Assembly (NCBI RefSeq): GCF_006345805.1
Contig: NC_042997.1
Location: 49,476,001-49,540,000, forward strand
Direction of reading: 5' to 3'
From: Octopus sinensis
Lineage: Eukaryota
DNA length: 64,000 nt
Shown: piece after piece, positions 1 through 12,913 of the stretch
Numbering within the stretch: the stretch's first letter is position 1
How the letters are laid out: every line of letters starts with the position of its first letter
The notes under the pieces: generated by a model
What the model was told of the DNA's origin: nothing
Seen by the model: the letters and a program-made list of their open reading frames with translations, nothing else
Database searches by the model: none
Translations under genes and position numbers: made by a program

Positions 1-692
1 AGTACCAGCTGGCTACTGGCATCGATCTAATCGACTGGCCTTGTGCTTAGAGTCGAACCCCACCCCCCGAATATCTTCATACTTGGTTGTCAACTTCTGT
101 TTCATTTCACACCTCTTCCAACATCTCATTTCCTTTTTAGATCGATCTGAACGAAATTTCCTTTGTTTATACACGTATGTTTGCATACATAAATAGCTAC
201 AGACATAAATACACATGCCCGCACACCACACACACAGTAATATTTCGATATATGAGTTAATTCGTTCTCGGAGAACGCCCGTAAAGTGGAAACTCATAAA
301 GCCGAGCAATGATTTCCCCTAGTAGCAATGTTATAAATCGTAATTCGTTCAAGAAAAATATTTTACCTATAAAATTTATAATACTCGTAAATAAATGGCA
401 ATAAAAACACTGTAAAGTGTGAAGAATATTTAATGTTAAATAAAAAGAATATCAAGATCGCCGATTCACGAGCCCTCGTTGAAGGGACTTGTGGATTCCC
501 TTTTAAAAAGCAAGTCTAGAGATGTTTGCTTAGAAGAAGCTTTTTTCGCTCTCTATAAAATTCTCGGTAACATGCAGGAGTAGAAACTTTTTCACATCGT
601 TCAAAATTTGGATCTTGTGCTTCATAAATTTCAGCCCACAACACAAAAGTGAGGTATTATTGTACACGCATATACATACACACTTTAATCTA

Positions 693-696
<4 letters not shown>

Positions 697-758
<62 letters not shown>

Positions 759-760
759 GG
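697..760. repeat. (CT)n/(CTAT)n microsatellite
   Basis: Direct reading of tandem CT then CTAT units. Confidence 0.95.
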
Positions 761-789
761 TCTGTCTCTCTGTATATGCTCAATTAATC

Positions 790-1150
790 TTTTTTACTCT
801 AGGCGCAAGGCCCAAAATTTTGGGGGAGAGGGCCAGTCCATTAGATCGACCCAGTACACAACTGGTACTTCATTTATTAACCCTGAAAGGATGAAAGGCA
901 AACTCGACCTCAGCGGAATCTGAACTCAGAACGTAACAACTGACGAAATACCTATTTCTTTACTACCCACAAGGGGCTAAACACAGAGAGGACAAACAAG
1001 GACAGACAAACGGTTTAAGTCGATTATATCGACCCCAGTGCGTAACTGGTACTTATTTAATCGACCCCGAAAGGATGAAAGGCAAAGTCGACCTCGGCGG
1101 CAGACGAAATACCGCTAGGCATTTCGCCCGGCGCGCTAACGTTTCTGCCA
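790..1150 (-). mobile_element. tRNA-derived SINE family B, compound (head-body-tail1 joined to body-tail2)
   Basis: Near-identical to other copies (gaccccgaaaggatgaaaggcaaagtcgacctcggcgg core). Internal junction gacgaaatac|ctatttc at 951/952. Confidence 0.9.
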
Positions 1151-1362
1151 TCTCAATTAATGTTACATCTATGACCTCATTATATCTGATTGTGGGTGTG
1201 TTGCTTGTACGGCTCTCATCTCAAAATAAGAAAATGGGGGAACGAAACTGTCGCCCTGACTTCCTAAAAAAAAAAGGGGTACATAAAAAGCAGCCCATCG
1301 AAACTGGTAAAAAAAAGCAAGTGGAGAAAAGACATCACTAACTTGCAAACGAACAACTAAGG

Positions 1363-1395
<33 letters not shown>

Positions 1396-1410
1396 CACAC
1401 ACACACAACA

Positions 1411-1460
<50 letters not shown>

Positions 1461-1520
1461 TACACACGCACACATGTTTGTATGTGAGTGTGTGTATATA
1501 TATATATATATATATAATAA
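1363..1520. repeat. (CA)n/(TA)n compound microsatellite
   Basis: Direct reading. Confidence 0.95.
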
Positions 1521-1770
1521 AAGCAAATATATCCTGAATTTCAAAACAATTTCTTCCTGTAAAGAAGTATAAGGGCAAAATTATAATAAAATTGAAAACT
1601 CTTTACTTCCTGTTGGTATTTTGCGTAGCGTCCGTATGTTTGGCTCTCGACGCATACGAACATGATCGAATTTCATTCTGTACGTTACCCAAGTTAAATT
1701 TCCTGAGAAAAACTGTTCGTTATTCAATTTGCTCGTTTAGAGAACCGTATATGGATACCCATTGTATATT

Positions 1771-2157
1771 CTTTTATTCCTTTATTTGTTTCAGTCATTT
1801 GGCTGCGGTCATGCTAGAGCACCGCTTTCAAGGGTTTTAGTCGAACAACTCGACACCAATGATTATTTCTTAAGCCTGGTACTTATTCTATTGGTTTACT
1901 GTTGTCGAACCGCTAGGTTACGGGACGTAAACTCACCAACACCAGTTGTCAAGCGGTGATGGGGCGGGCAAACACAGACGCAAAGACACACGCATATAGG
2001 CATATACATATATACATATATGACGGGCTTCTTTCAGTTTCTTTCAACGAAATCCACTCGGCTTTGATCGACTTTAGGTTTGTAGAAGAGACTTGTCCAA
2101 GGTGCCACGCAGAGGGACAGAACCTGGAACCATGTGGTTGGGAAGCAAACTTCTTGC
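1771..2157 (-). mobile_element. tRNA-derived SINE family A (OR2-like), head truncated by (CA)n
   Basis: Colinear with the full copy at 10381-10787, including the tail gtttcagtcatttggctgcggtcatgctagagcaccgc. Confidence 0.9.
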
Positions 2158-2297
2158 ACACACACACACACACACACAACACACACACTCACACACACAC
2201 AACACACACACTCACACATGCACGCACGCGCACACACACACACGCACACACACATGCACGCACACACACAGAGTCACACACACACACACACACGTAT
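2158..2297. repeat. (CA)n microsatellite
   Basis: Direct reading. Confidence 0.95.
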
Positions 2298-2824
2298 ATA
2301 CTGCCGTCAGTTATTGGCTAATGCCCCTGCTGTGACTTTACTTTCAGGTGGAGTCGATAATCCACGGCTTGACATAGAATTATAGAACAACGGTTTTTAC
2401 CGTAAACCATAAGAGGCTGACACATTCGACCCACTTCTTTAGTAATTTCTATAAACGCATAACATTAAGAAACATTCACTTTGTCCATGCAAATAACTCT
2501 AGAAGGTCATACTTGCTAGAATATTGTAAGAAGGATCTCTGGAATGACGTTACTGGATTATTCGTTAAGCAAAATAAACACGTGCTTAGGACATCAAGGT
2601 AAGGCGGGGGCACCACAGAAATGATAATGGGTTTATGACACAAAAAATGCGCTTTAAACTTGTTAAAATATATTCGATGTGGTTTATAAGTGTTCAGGGT
2701 GTTATTTTGTTTTACTTTGAAAAATAGAAGTTTATTTTATGATTTATTATTATTTATATTTTGAATTACATAAATATGGGGCCACCAAGATCTTTTAAGT
2801 GCCCAGGGGCTTCTGTCGTTCTTA

Positions 2825-3110
2825 ATCAGGCCCTGACGATACTCGATAAGGTGCGGAGCTCGGAGATGAAGGAGTCGCTATGACTCGAGTCGCTATGTCT
2901 CCATCTTGAGAGGTCACAGTGCAGGTACAACGGAAAGGTGAGAAAGAATGTTGCAGGAAAGTAAAGCATGACGGATTCTTGAAGCCGAGCTTAGCGGCAG
3001 GGGACCCTGATGTAGCCAGTTAACGTGGAGGTTCGATAACATTCATAGCCTCTGCTGATCACGTTTGGGAATCCAGACGGAAATCAAATGAGGGTTTTCT
3101 TCCGACAGGA
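2825..3110 (-). mobile_element. Possible very degraded LINE 3' fragment (CR1/L2-like)
   Basis: GC-richer island; frameshifted minus-strand translation (QRAMNVIE..., LSVVPAL, SFI..) loosely resembles LINE C-terminal motifs. Confidence 0.3.
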
Positions 3111-3729
3111 TCCTATGGAGGAGATATCTGAGGGCTCTACTCCTACGACTCTCCTAGGGATAATGGATGGAGCAATAAACTACAGTGCAAATTTAGCTTC
3201 TATTTCATTAAAATAATTAGCTGTCTTTTATGTTTAACCAAAACATGGTAGAGGTATTTATAGACTGTCCGTTAGGTGAAATATATGGCACTGAGCTAGA
3301 AAACTATGAGAACCATTGATATAGAAAAATATTGCCCAATGTGTCTTTTAGAAGTAGGAGGACAATATTTGGGAAAAAATACCTGATATGTTATTTCCAG
3401 TGTGTCGAGTGACAATGTAAAAACTCCCTCGTTGTTGGCATGGCCATATTTAGTAGTCTTAGTGTGTCAATTTGTATTTTAATTTAGAATCTACTTGTCA
3501 TCAGGTTTTACTTGTTCAACCTCTTTCGTGAAAAGTTGTAGTTCTGTTGACCTTATACCATTATAATGTCTTGAGCGCTGACAAATAACATACATTCATT
3601 CTCACCAATATACAATGCACACCCACTACAAACATACATACAGCATTCACACCCACGCACACACGCATTCTCCTCCATGCATATAGACACACAAACAAAT
3701 ACAAAACTATATCCACACACAAATACATA

Positions 3730-3749
3730 CATATATTCATATATATATG

Positions 3750-3832
<83 letters not shown>

Positions 3833-3930
3833 AAATGAAAGAAAGAATATGGAATACATATATATATATATATATGTATATAGCCACCGAAGTGCATATA
3901 TATATATATATAGTGTGTGTGTGTGTGTTA
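3730..3930. repeat. (TA)n/(TG)n microsatellite
   Basis: Direct reading. Confidence 0.9.
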
Positions 3931-4329
3931 GTTGGGAATCGGTGATTCACACCATTGTTACCCTTCATGTACGTAAAGTATATGTGCAATGAATATACGG
4001 TAAATGTAGCTGTGTCAGAATGCAATAGGTAAGTCGTTTTTCATTGGCCATGCCAAGTTATGTGATCTGAATGTGTAGCAGGCTCAAAATATATCTAGCT
4101 AGACAGCTATTGGGCCCTGTACACTAACTAGTTAAGACCTATGACCATCACCCATTACTTCGCGACGTCTGTTAGTTGGTAGATTTTAATCAATAGTTCT
4201 CTTGGCATTCATGAAAAGCTCCCTTTCACAAAGAAAGTTAAATAACACTTACGGACTTCGGTCATGTGATATTGAAGATTGTTTATATATATATATATAT
4301 AATATATATATATCTTGAACTTTTCAAAT

Positions 4330-4870
4330 ATACAAAGCTTGCAGGCTCATGGTCCATTGAAATAGGAAGCGATATTATCAACGATTGCCTATTTTACTGG
4401 ATAGTGTTCAGAACCTTGTTTTCCGAGTTTCAAGAGAAATTGATATAGGGATTTGGAACTTTTCTGTTCTTTGAATTAAATGGGTGTAGATGTTGGTAAT
4501 ACTTGCTTTTGGAGGTTCCTGCAGGAAAGCCCATGCATTTGAAACTTCTTGGTTTTTAATGTCAAATTTTTCATAAATTCTTCCATTGAAGCAAGTGACT
4601 CTCACATTCATATAAGTTCCAGTTTCTGGTTCAGAGACAGGGTTAAACGCTTCTTTAAATTATTACACTTCCTTGTATCCACGACGTAAAATACATGCCG
4701 GAATGTTGTCTCATCACTGGAATATTAACAAAAATTGCCAGGCAGCGCAGGTTTGAATAGTAGCCATTGTCATTTGTGCATTATGCTACTGTACTGACTC
4801 TAATATTCTGGCATTAGCATTACTCAAAGTAACACATACAAACTTTGGTCTACTTTGACCTGACTGGTCT
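4330..4870 (-). mobile_element. Probable pogo/Tigger-type transposase N-terminal fossil
   Basis: Minus strand reads KKRLTLSLNQKLELI*, resembling the CENP-B/psq HTH start of pogo transposases; interrupted by stops. Confidence 0.35.
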
Positions 4871-4984
4871 TTGTTTCTGAGTATATTTTATTTAATTTGT
4901 AAACAATTTACCTCAGATTATATCAAAATACTGAAAGAACCGAATTATTATAAAGAAAATCAATTACTAACTTTTCAACGGTCT

Positions 4985-5032
<48 letters not shown>

Positions 5033-5549
5033 ATATAAAAACTTCCCGCTTCAGAAACGCAGTGTTTATTTGATGAATATAAATAAAAAGAAACAGACAA
5101 AAAAGTTAAAGAATCCGAATAGTAAGATGCTAATTAGTCATAGGGAAGGTTTGAATGCTAGAAGAAAAGGGGTGGGTATTCAATTAGGGAGGTACGTAAA
5201 AGTGAATAATAAACAGGTTGTTTACAAGTGAATAGTTGCTCATCTTTGGTCCATATTTTGTGACTACTATTATTTAACATCCACCTAGCGCTAGTTGTAG
5301 GGTGTACAGTACTGTCTCGGAGCAACTGTTACAATATTTTAAACATGGAACTAAAAACTTAGACTCCCAATACGACTCATGTTTATATAATTGAGCGAGC
5401 TTAATATTTAGAATCTATGGACTATTTTGGTGGGTGTACAACATACTTTTACCACACTCTGTATAAACATAGCTAATTATCTCTTTAACTCAAATTTCGA
5501 ACTTTTTGGTATTTTGCATACTAGTGAGCTTGATGCCACTGTTCCCATA

Positions 5550-6062
5550 TACTGTAAATCCTCGTAAAGTCCACCCTTGAGTATAATACGCAGGGGATTT
5601 TTAGGGGGCTGTACTTCTGAGAAACCTAAACCTTGTGTATAATACGCACCCCATTCTCTAACTTGAGACAAGGAGGTCTATATAACGTCCTTGGTTTGTA
5701 AAAATGTATACGGTAGCGTTCTTTATTATTATTGTATATATAACATAATGCAAACGTGTAGCTTTTTTTGTGCATTTTGTTTGCAGAAAATAAAAAAATA
5801 ACAGTAATAACAGTAATAATGTTTAATAAATATTGCTTATTGCAAGTTATGGATGATTCTTTTAGGACTTCATTGCTTTCAGGCTTAGCTTAAGGTATTT
5901 TCACGCCCGAATCACAAAATGCGTCTGAATAAACATTGCCGGACAGCAAATAGAGACTCGGACATTCCTTAGAAAGTATTTTTCATTTTTAATCTCGTAT
6001 ATAGTACGCACTAAGGATTTTGACCTTTAAATTTTGGGAACAAATATGCGGATTATACGGTA
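5550..6062. mobile_element. MITE family C (TA-flanked, TIR CCGTAAATCCTCGAGTATA), copy 1
   Basis: About 510 bp, highly similar to 23972-24482 and 43651-44176; right TIR partly deleted. Confidence 0.85.
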
Positions 6063-6339
6063 CTTTCTTTTTCAAGATGTAGGTTCGTCCAGGATCTTAC
6101 CGACTAGAATGTTCAAACATTATTGAGATGCCTTGGTTTCGAATCAGTGTATATCATTGTATTATCTTGGTGGGAAAACGCTGACTAGCTGCGTTCGTTT
6201 AAACTCGAAGCTATTGCATTATTTATCCATAATTTAGGCTAGATTAATTACATCGGACTCAGTTTTAATTCGGATGTTGTGTGTTAGTGTTTCCAAGATC
6301 TTCCAGATATAAACTACAAATATATCATAACCTTTCCAT

Positions 6340-6900
6340 TGAATAGAGTGTAAAGCAATGTTCTTTACATAAACTCACAACAGTTTTGAGCTTGATATTG
6401 TGATTTGATCACAACTGAGAACAACAATAATCCACATGACCGAGAACAAATGTGTTCAGCAAGACCAGCATAAGTTTTTATTTTAAATGTTCTCAGGATA
6501 CATTCTGACTGTCGCCTGCACGCTGTTGCCATTTTAGTATTATGTGCGTAAAACGATGCGTTACTGCTCGTTATAATCCCCCGATCTGGCGCATATTCTG
6601 ACACTTGGTAATACAATCTCTCCTCTGCATATGTATCTAGGTTGCAATAAGGCCGATACAGAAATACTTGAGCTTTCCAGCATGAATTTGGAACTTGTTT
6701 TCATAAGCCAACACGCATTTGGCAGTGAGGTTTATTGATGTGAGGTTTATTCATGGATGCTTTGAAACAAGAGTTCATCGTTCCCATTTTTGCTAAAGTA
6801 GTTATTTGCACTGTTCATCATTCTGCTATATACACGGTCAAAGTCATCAGGACCGCTGTGCCAGACAATTCGCAGTTTATCTCTTTGTTTTCATGCTGTT
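6340..6900 (-). mobile_element. CR1-group LINE reverse transcriptase C-terminal fossil
   Basis: Minus strand with frameshifts gives GIITSSNASFYAHNTKMATACRRQSECILRTFK...MLVLLNTFVLGHVDYCCSQL, matching the ILRTF...LDYCSQLW motif of CR1-type ORF2. Confidence 0.65.
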
Positions 6901-6911
6901 TTCATGCTGTT

Positions 6912-7057
6912 TTCTTCTTCTTCTTCTTCTTCTTCTTCTTCTTCTTCTTCTTCTTCTTCTTCTTCTTCTTCTTCTTCTTCTTCTTCTTCTTCTTCTTCTT
7001 CTTCTTCTTCTTCTTCTTCTTCTTCTTCTTCTTCTTCTTCTTCTTCTTCTTCTTCTT
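6912..7057. repeat. Pure (CTT)n trinucleotide repeat, about 48 units
   Basis: Direct reading; it explains the poly-F, poly-L and poly-E ORFs. Confidence 0.98.
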
Positions 7058-7199
7058 TGTAGGCACCATCCATTAGCTCACTGGAAGATTATTTTGCAGA
7101 AGTCCATACCGAAGGGAAAGACAAAGAATATTTACTTCTCAATTCCATTTTGTCAATACTCTTTGAATCGCACGAGAGAAATTGAATAACAAAAATGAT

Positions 7200-8362
7200 T
7201 GAAAAGATCTTTTTTTAAAAATGAAAAATGCAGCTGAGTAATGCATACTGAGACAGACTCAATTTGAAGACTCACATTGGAAAGGAAGACTCACAGAGGA
7301 AAAAAAGACCCGTTCCACTAGAAGGATATTCTTTGGAAAACAACTGCAGGATACCAATGAAACTTCAAATTGTCGGTCGTCACCTGTTCCTTGGAGGTAC
7401 CCTCAAAAGAAGAAAAGAAAGGACAAGGGTTGGGTATGGAACTGGAAAGGCAGCCATTTCAAAAACTATCCATCCATCCATAAGAAGAAAAGTGTCCTTA
7501 ATGCCAACTTCAACCAAAGCAACTACAGTGACAACATTTGATGCAGAGACTGAAAGTGAATATCAAGAGTCCGAAGAAACAGATGAAGAATCCACACAAA
7601 CAAGGTGGAAGTATAGCAAAACTGGAACCGCAACCAAGTTAGTAATATCTTCTAAGCTGTCAACCCAAAAAACAACAACAGTTTGTCGACAATTATCTCA
7701 AAATGGAATCAATGTCAAGACTCCTTCCCAATCTTGTATTTACAGATCGACTATCAAAGAAGCTGTTACACTATAAAAGAAATGAAGAAAACACTACATT
7801 TAGAAAACTGGTCATTGCATTTCGATGGTAAACGTATCGATGACCAAGAATACCAAGTGCTAGTTTTAAAGAACGAACAGTGAGAAGTTGAGTTAGAAGC
7901 ACTCCAACTACTAAACGGAAAACACCGATACTGTTGTGAAAGGAATAATAGCTGTTTTATATGAATACAATTTATGGAACTGTGTGAAGATGTTTGTCAC
8001 TGATACAATGATTGTGAACACTGGGTAAAGAAATGGCATTGTCTTTCAGTTAGTTGCAAAGACGATTTGCTCAAAATGGTTTGTCAGCATCATATCCTTG
8101 ATAGAGATTTTCGAGTTGCAATGGATAACGAATTTGGAGAAAAAGTGATCTCCCAATATTGAATATACATTCATCCCAGGGCTTCTAAGTAATTACGAGA
8201 AACTCCAGGCTAATTTCAACAATGAAGAAAATATTACTGAATCAGCAGGATAGTGAGATGACGAGAAATTTGTGTGGCTTACAAATATCTTCCACGCTAC
8301 AATCGCTTTGTTTCAGCACACGATCTCAGATCAAGTCACTTGCTATGCAAGTACATCTCAAA

Positions 8363-8393
<31 letters not shown>

Positions 8394-8870
8394 GTGTGTG
8401 TGTGTGTGTATGTGTGTGTGTGTGAGTGTGTGTGTGTGTGTGTGTATGCATATCTATGTGCATTGCACGTTAACGCATTAAAATTACTTGTTTCTACTGT
8501 GAAAATGCACGCATGTATTTTAGAGACTGTAAAATATTATGTGAATTCAAATCTTTTTGAAGCCATGACACTGAAGCCATTGTTTGTTGAAATTAGTCTG
8601 GCAAGTAACATCAGAATATTCTTATGCATTATTACAATTATGATCTAAATAGTGTAGATGTCACTTGTAAATGTCATCAATTCTCTCTCGAGTCACAAAA
8701 ACTTATGAAATCTCAAGATTTTTGTTATGTTAGTAATTAAACAGCTTCTAAGAAACTTGATTCATCAGAAATTTATCTCTTAACTGAAGTCTAAAATATA
8801 TTCAAGATGTTTACATTTTCTAAGGCTTTTTCAAGTTTTGAGACTTTAGAACACCAGTATAAATGATATG
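7200..8870 (+). mobile_element. Decayed hAT-superfamily (hATm-like) transposase
   Basis: Ordered motifs WSLHFDGK, TDTMIVNTG and CQHHILD, like the FDGK / FDTTASNTG / CRHH motifs of hATm-type transposases; many stops; (TA/TG)n inserted at 8362-8450. Confidence 0.55.
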
Positions 8871-9246
8871 CATTATTAAATTTCACTTAACCCCGTTTTT
8901 ATTCGTAATATCGTGTGAGTCTGACTGCGTTGTTCATTGTTATTGTGTCAATAACAACCGCCCCAAATAGCTACTGGAATAGTCTCATTTGATCTATAAG
9001 CTCTTGGAATACATTAAGATTTGTGGACAGTAAAAGATGCAATGCATGCATGAAAGGTGCAACCGTCACTCGCAAGCAAATATGAATGATAACTAGTGCC
9101 ACGCTTTTCTTAGTTCTTTTTTCTCTTTTTTATTAGATGCCTCTGTCGTCGCTAACAAAGAATGGATACCCTTGATAGAGGAACTTCGAGGATATGACAG
9201 CTGGGAGAGGAGAAGTGCTAGTAAAAAGTTCTGTTAGCATCTATAA

Positions 9247-9768
9247 TACAGGGTTTTCCAGAATTAGCTACTTCAGAGAAATCAGACAAGTTTTTAAACA
9301 CTTACTTTTATTCATGTTTATCAAGTTTAATATATGTTAAAAGTATATAGATTTAAATTTTGTTTTATAATTTTATAAATTTTCATAATTTTATAATTTT
9401 TAAAAATAATTTTATTCTCATTCCTGTTGGATCCCGCTTATCTGTCTTCGACAGCATTTTTTCAATTCGGCTGCAGTCATTTTCTCTACCTTCATCCTGA
9501 GGACGGGGCAATAGTTTAGCTGAATTTAGAGAACGAATTCAGTTAACAGTGCTTCAAAATGTGTTTTGCAACACTAAAAAATCGATTTGAAATTTGCAGG
9601 GATACAGACGGAACACATGATTAAAATTTTAATAAAGTTTTGACGCAAGATTTATAAGTATATTTGTTTTAGCATTATAATTAAGTAATAATCATAAATC
9701 TCAGTCAGCTTTCTTTTTTATTTGCCCAGTTTCTTTAATATAGATAATTAATTCTGGGGCACCCTGTA
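9247..9768. mobile_element. Tc1/mariner-type non-autonomous element
   Basis: Imperfect TIRs tacagggttttccagaatta / taattctggggcaccctgta with TA ends. Confidence 0.55.
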
Positions 9769-9828
9769 GAATATTGAAGTTTTCCACATTTTAATATTCA
9801 TTGTAGTTTGATTCAGCTGCATGATATG

Positions 9829-9897
9829 AAGCTGAAATTTGAAAAGTCTGTCATGCAGAATTTTTTGTAGAGGGGCCATGCTAATACATAAATTCTA
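9829..9897. repeat. About 68-bp imperfect direct repeat, copy 1 (copy 2 at 10833-10900)
   Basis: aagctgaaatttgaaa..ctgtcat.cagaa..ttt...ggccatgctaatacataaa.tcta occurs twice. Confidence 0.85.
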
Positions 9898-10111
9898 TAA
9901 AGATACAAGATAATATAACGGATTTTACATATGAATATTATGGATTATTGAAGAAGAATAACCAAGGAAGTATATATGGATTTAATGACTCTCATCAAAA
10001 GCAGTAAATTTTAATTCTTAATTTATCTTTCAAACAAACACCTTTTTATAGTTTTTCTTCAAATTAAAAAAAAAACTACCATTCGATATGTTATACAGAA
10101 TTCAAATTTTA

Positions 10112-10203
10112 TATCTCTGAAGAGCAGAAGAGTTGTCTATAAATGCTTATCAACATAGGATTTCATTATAGAGACAACTCTTCTGCGAAACGATCGTAAG
10201 ATG
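10112..10203 (+). ncRNA. Minimal type-I hammerhead ribozyme, intact core
   Basis: TATCT-CTGAAGA-[GCAGAAGAGTTGTC...GACAACTCTTCTGC, 14-bp perfect stem II]-GAAA-C-GATC-G-TA-AGATG; stem III region is the palindrome ACGATCGT; predicted cleavage after A10198. Confidence 0.85.
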
Positions 10204-10380
10204 CTTTAAATAATTAATTCAAAACTTTAAACTCTCATATACATTATATATTTATGCTTATACATATTTACATATATTTTTATACATATTTATATTTATT
10301 TATTTATATATTTTTAATACAACAATTATTTTTCACATGTGTATATCTTTCTGGGGAGTTTTGATATTGATTTCCTAATA

Positions 10381-10787
10381 CCCTTTACTCTTTTACTTGT
10401 TTCAGTCATTTGACTGCGGCCATGCTGGAGCACCGCCTTTAATCGAGCAACTCGACCCCAGGACTTATTCTTTTGTAAGCCCAGTACTTATTCTATCGGT
10501 CTCTTTTGCCGAACCGCTAAGTAACGGGGACGTAAACACACCAGCATCGGTTGTCAAGCAATGCTAGGGGAACAAACACAGACACACAAACATACACACA
10601 CACATATATATATATACATATATACGATGGGCTTCTTTCAGTTTCCGTCTACCAAATCCACTCACAAGGCTTTGGTCGGCCCGAGGCTATAGTAGAAGAC
10701 ACTTGCCCAAGGTGCCACGCAGTGGGACTGAACCCGGAACCATGTGGTTGGTAAGCAAGCTACTTACCACACAGCCACTCCCGCGCC
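10381..10787 (-). mobile_element. SINE family A, full length
   Basis: tRNA-like head GGCGCGGGAGTGGCTGTGTGG (A box) and GGTTCAGTCCC (B box), central (TA/TG)n, tail ending in AAGAGTAAA-type repeats. Confidence 0.92.
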
Positions 10788-10832
10788 TAATATTAATAAT
10801 AATATATTATTAAAAAATATATATATATTGCA

Positions 10833-10900
10833 AAGCTGAAATTTGAAAGCCTGTCATACAGAAACTTTTGTTGAATGGCCATGCTAATACATAAACTCTA
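10833..10900. repeat. About 68-bp imperfect direct repeat, copy 2
   Basis: Matches 9829-9897. Confidence 0.85.
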
Positions 10901-11910
10901 CCACTGTAAGTTCACAGCTCATCATGATTATCGAATTAAGTTTCTTGTGCTCGAAATAAGCTTAATTTTTCCGAAATATATCGTCAGCGTTACGAAGTGT
11001 TTATCATGCTAAATAGGTTAGAAACATTTTTTCAACCGTCTGGCTAGGATTCTATTTCTGCGCAATCTCTCGAAACATAGTTGACACTTTCAACTTTTAT
11101 TAACTGATAAATTAAGCCACACCTTATGAACAGAGCTGTAATGATAAACAAAGCAGTCAGCTCAACAAGAACGCTTCCAACGGATAGTATAATCTAATTA
11201 TTCCTAATTTTATCAACATCGTTTGAAAAATAATTACTTAATGTATATATATAAATAATGATAAATTGATGAGATGTAATTGTTCAATTGTTATGTATGT
11301 GTGAGATGAAAGAGATAGCTGGACGTAATGAAAGCACAATGGAATTCGCTTCCTATCATTTTTCTACTAATATCTAAATGATAACGAAAGAGGTTGAGTA
11401 GTAGATAAGAATATTTGCATTTTTCCTCTTGTAAAATGTTTGCTATTTTGGATACAGTTTACAATTTGTTCTCTTTATATCTATTTTATGGAAGAATTTT
11501 TTTTTTATAGTACAGGAATTGTTCACGTTACAGAAGCATTGCGTTCATGAACATTTTGGCGTAACGCGAGGTCCTGCAATACAAAACATAATTTGCCATT
11601 GATTTCCATGATCATTGACTTCCATATTATAAGGAATTCAATAGTAAAATAGGTTTCGCTCTATAAAGCCCACGTTACGGTGATATTTTCAGAACAGCAA
11701 CACTTTCGGTACACGATGGTTGTTATTATACTTATTTAGAAGTGTATCTTCGGCGAAGAAGTTGTCTTTCACGCTAGTAATATTTTGATTGGTTAAGACG
11801 AAACCAGGAGCTGACTGACGTACAGTAGAATTATTCTATCACGTGACCAAGTACCAGTTCCAATCAACAATTAACTGCTAATCATTGTCACAACGGTAAC
11901 AAACAATATT

Positions 11911-12152
11911 GTTGGGCGGTAAGGCGGCGAGCTGACAGAAAGGTTAGCACGCTGGGCGAAATGCTTAGTGGTATTTCGTCTGCGTTACGTTGTGAGTTCA
12001 AATTCTGCCGAGGCCGACTTTGCCTTTCATCCTTTCGGGGTCGATAAATTAAGTACCAGTTACGCACTGGGGTCGATGTAATCGACTTAATACCTATGTC
12101 TGTCCTTGTTTGTCCCCTCTGTGTTTAGCCCCTTGTGGGTAATAAAGAAATA
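11911..12152 (+). mobile_element. SINE family B (tail1), solo copy with 16-bp target-site duplication
   Basis: ggtaacaaacaatatt at 11895-11910 and 12153-12168 flanks the head ggcggcgagctg... and the tail ...aagaaata. Confidence 0.93.
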
Positions 12153-12552
12153 GGTAACAAACAATATTAGGCGCTTAGTTTCTGATTCAGAAAGGAGGTC
12201 TACGTCTTATCTATTGTTAATGTAGTGCTTGTTATGCCATAGAATCGACCGCTATTTCCTTTCCTTTTCCTCCCGCTCCGGATGGAAACATTTTAGAAAT
12301 TAAGCAACTATACTACTCTACTACCAGAAATAGACGGGTGAGGAGAAAGAATATGATGTGACATGGTGAGTGAATGGTGGAACAGTAATCTATTAACAAA
12401 AGTTACGTACGATTTAAAGATAATGTTTATTCCGTCACGTTTTGCTATATCAGATGTTTTATTCGCACATTAAGAGTTATTCAATACTTGGTGCGTATTG
12501 AATAACATAAATTGATTGATGACTTTAACAGAAATGTGTAATAATGGTTTCA

Positions 12553-12913
12553 AATTTTGGCACAAGGCCAGCAAATTCGGGGAAGGAAGTAAGCTGATTG
12601 TATCGACCCCAGTGCTTACTTTAACAACTCCGGTAAGATGAAAGGCAACATCAATCTCGGTGGAATTTGAACTCAGACGAAATACCTATTTCTTTACTAC
12701 CCACAAGGGGCTAAACAGAGAGGGGACAAACAAGGACAGACGAACGGATTAAGTCGATTATATCGACCCCAGTGCGTAACGGGTACTTAATTTATCGACC
12801 CCGAAAGGATGAAAGGCAAAGTCGACCTCGGCGGAATTTGAACTCAGAACGGAGCGGCAGACGAAATACCGCAAAGCCTTTCGCCCGGTTTGCTAACGTT
12901 TCTGCCAGCTCGC
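12553..12913 (-). mobile_element. SINE family B compound (tail1 unit joined to a unit with a variant tail)
   Basis: Junction gacgaaatac|ctatttc at 12685/12686. Confidence 0.88.

Noticed and set aside
10700-10787. tRNA gene
   Set aside because: The A/B boxes belong to a SINE head; there is no complete cloverleaf.
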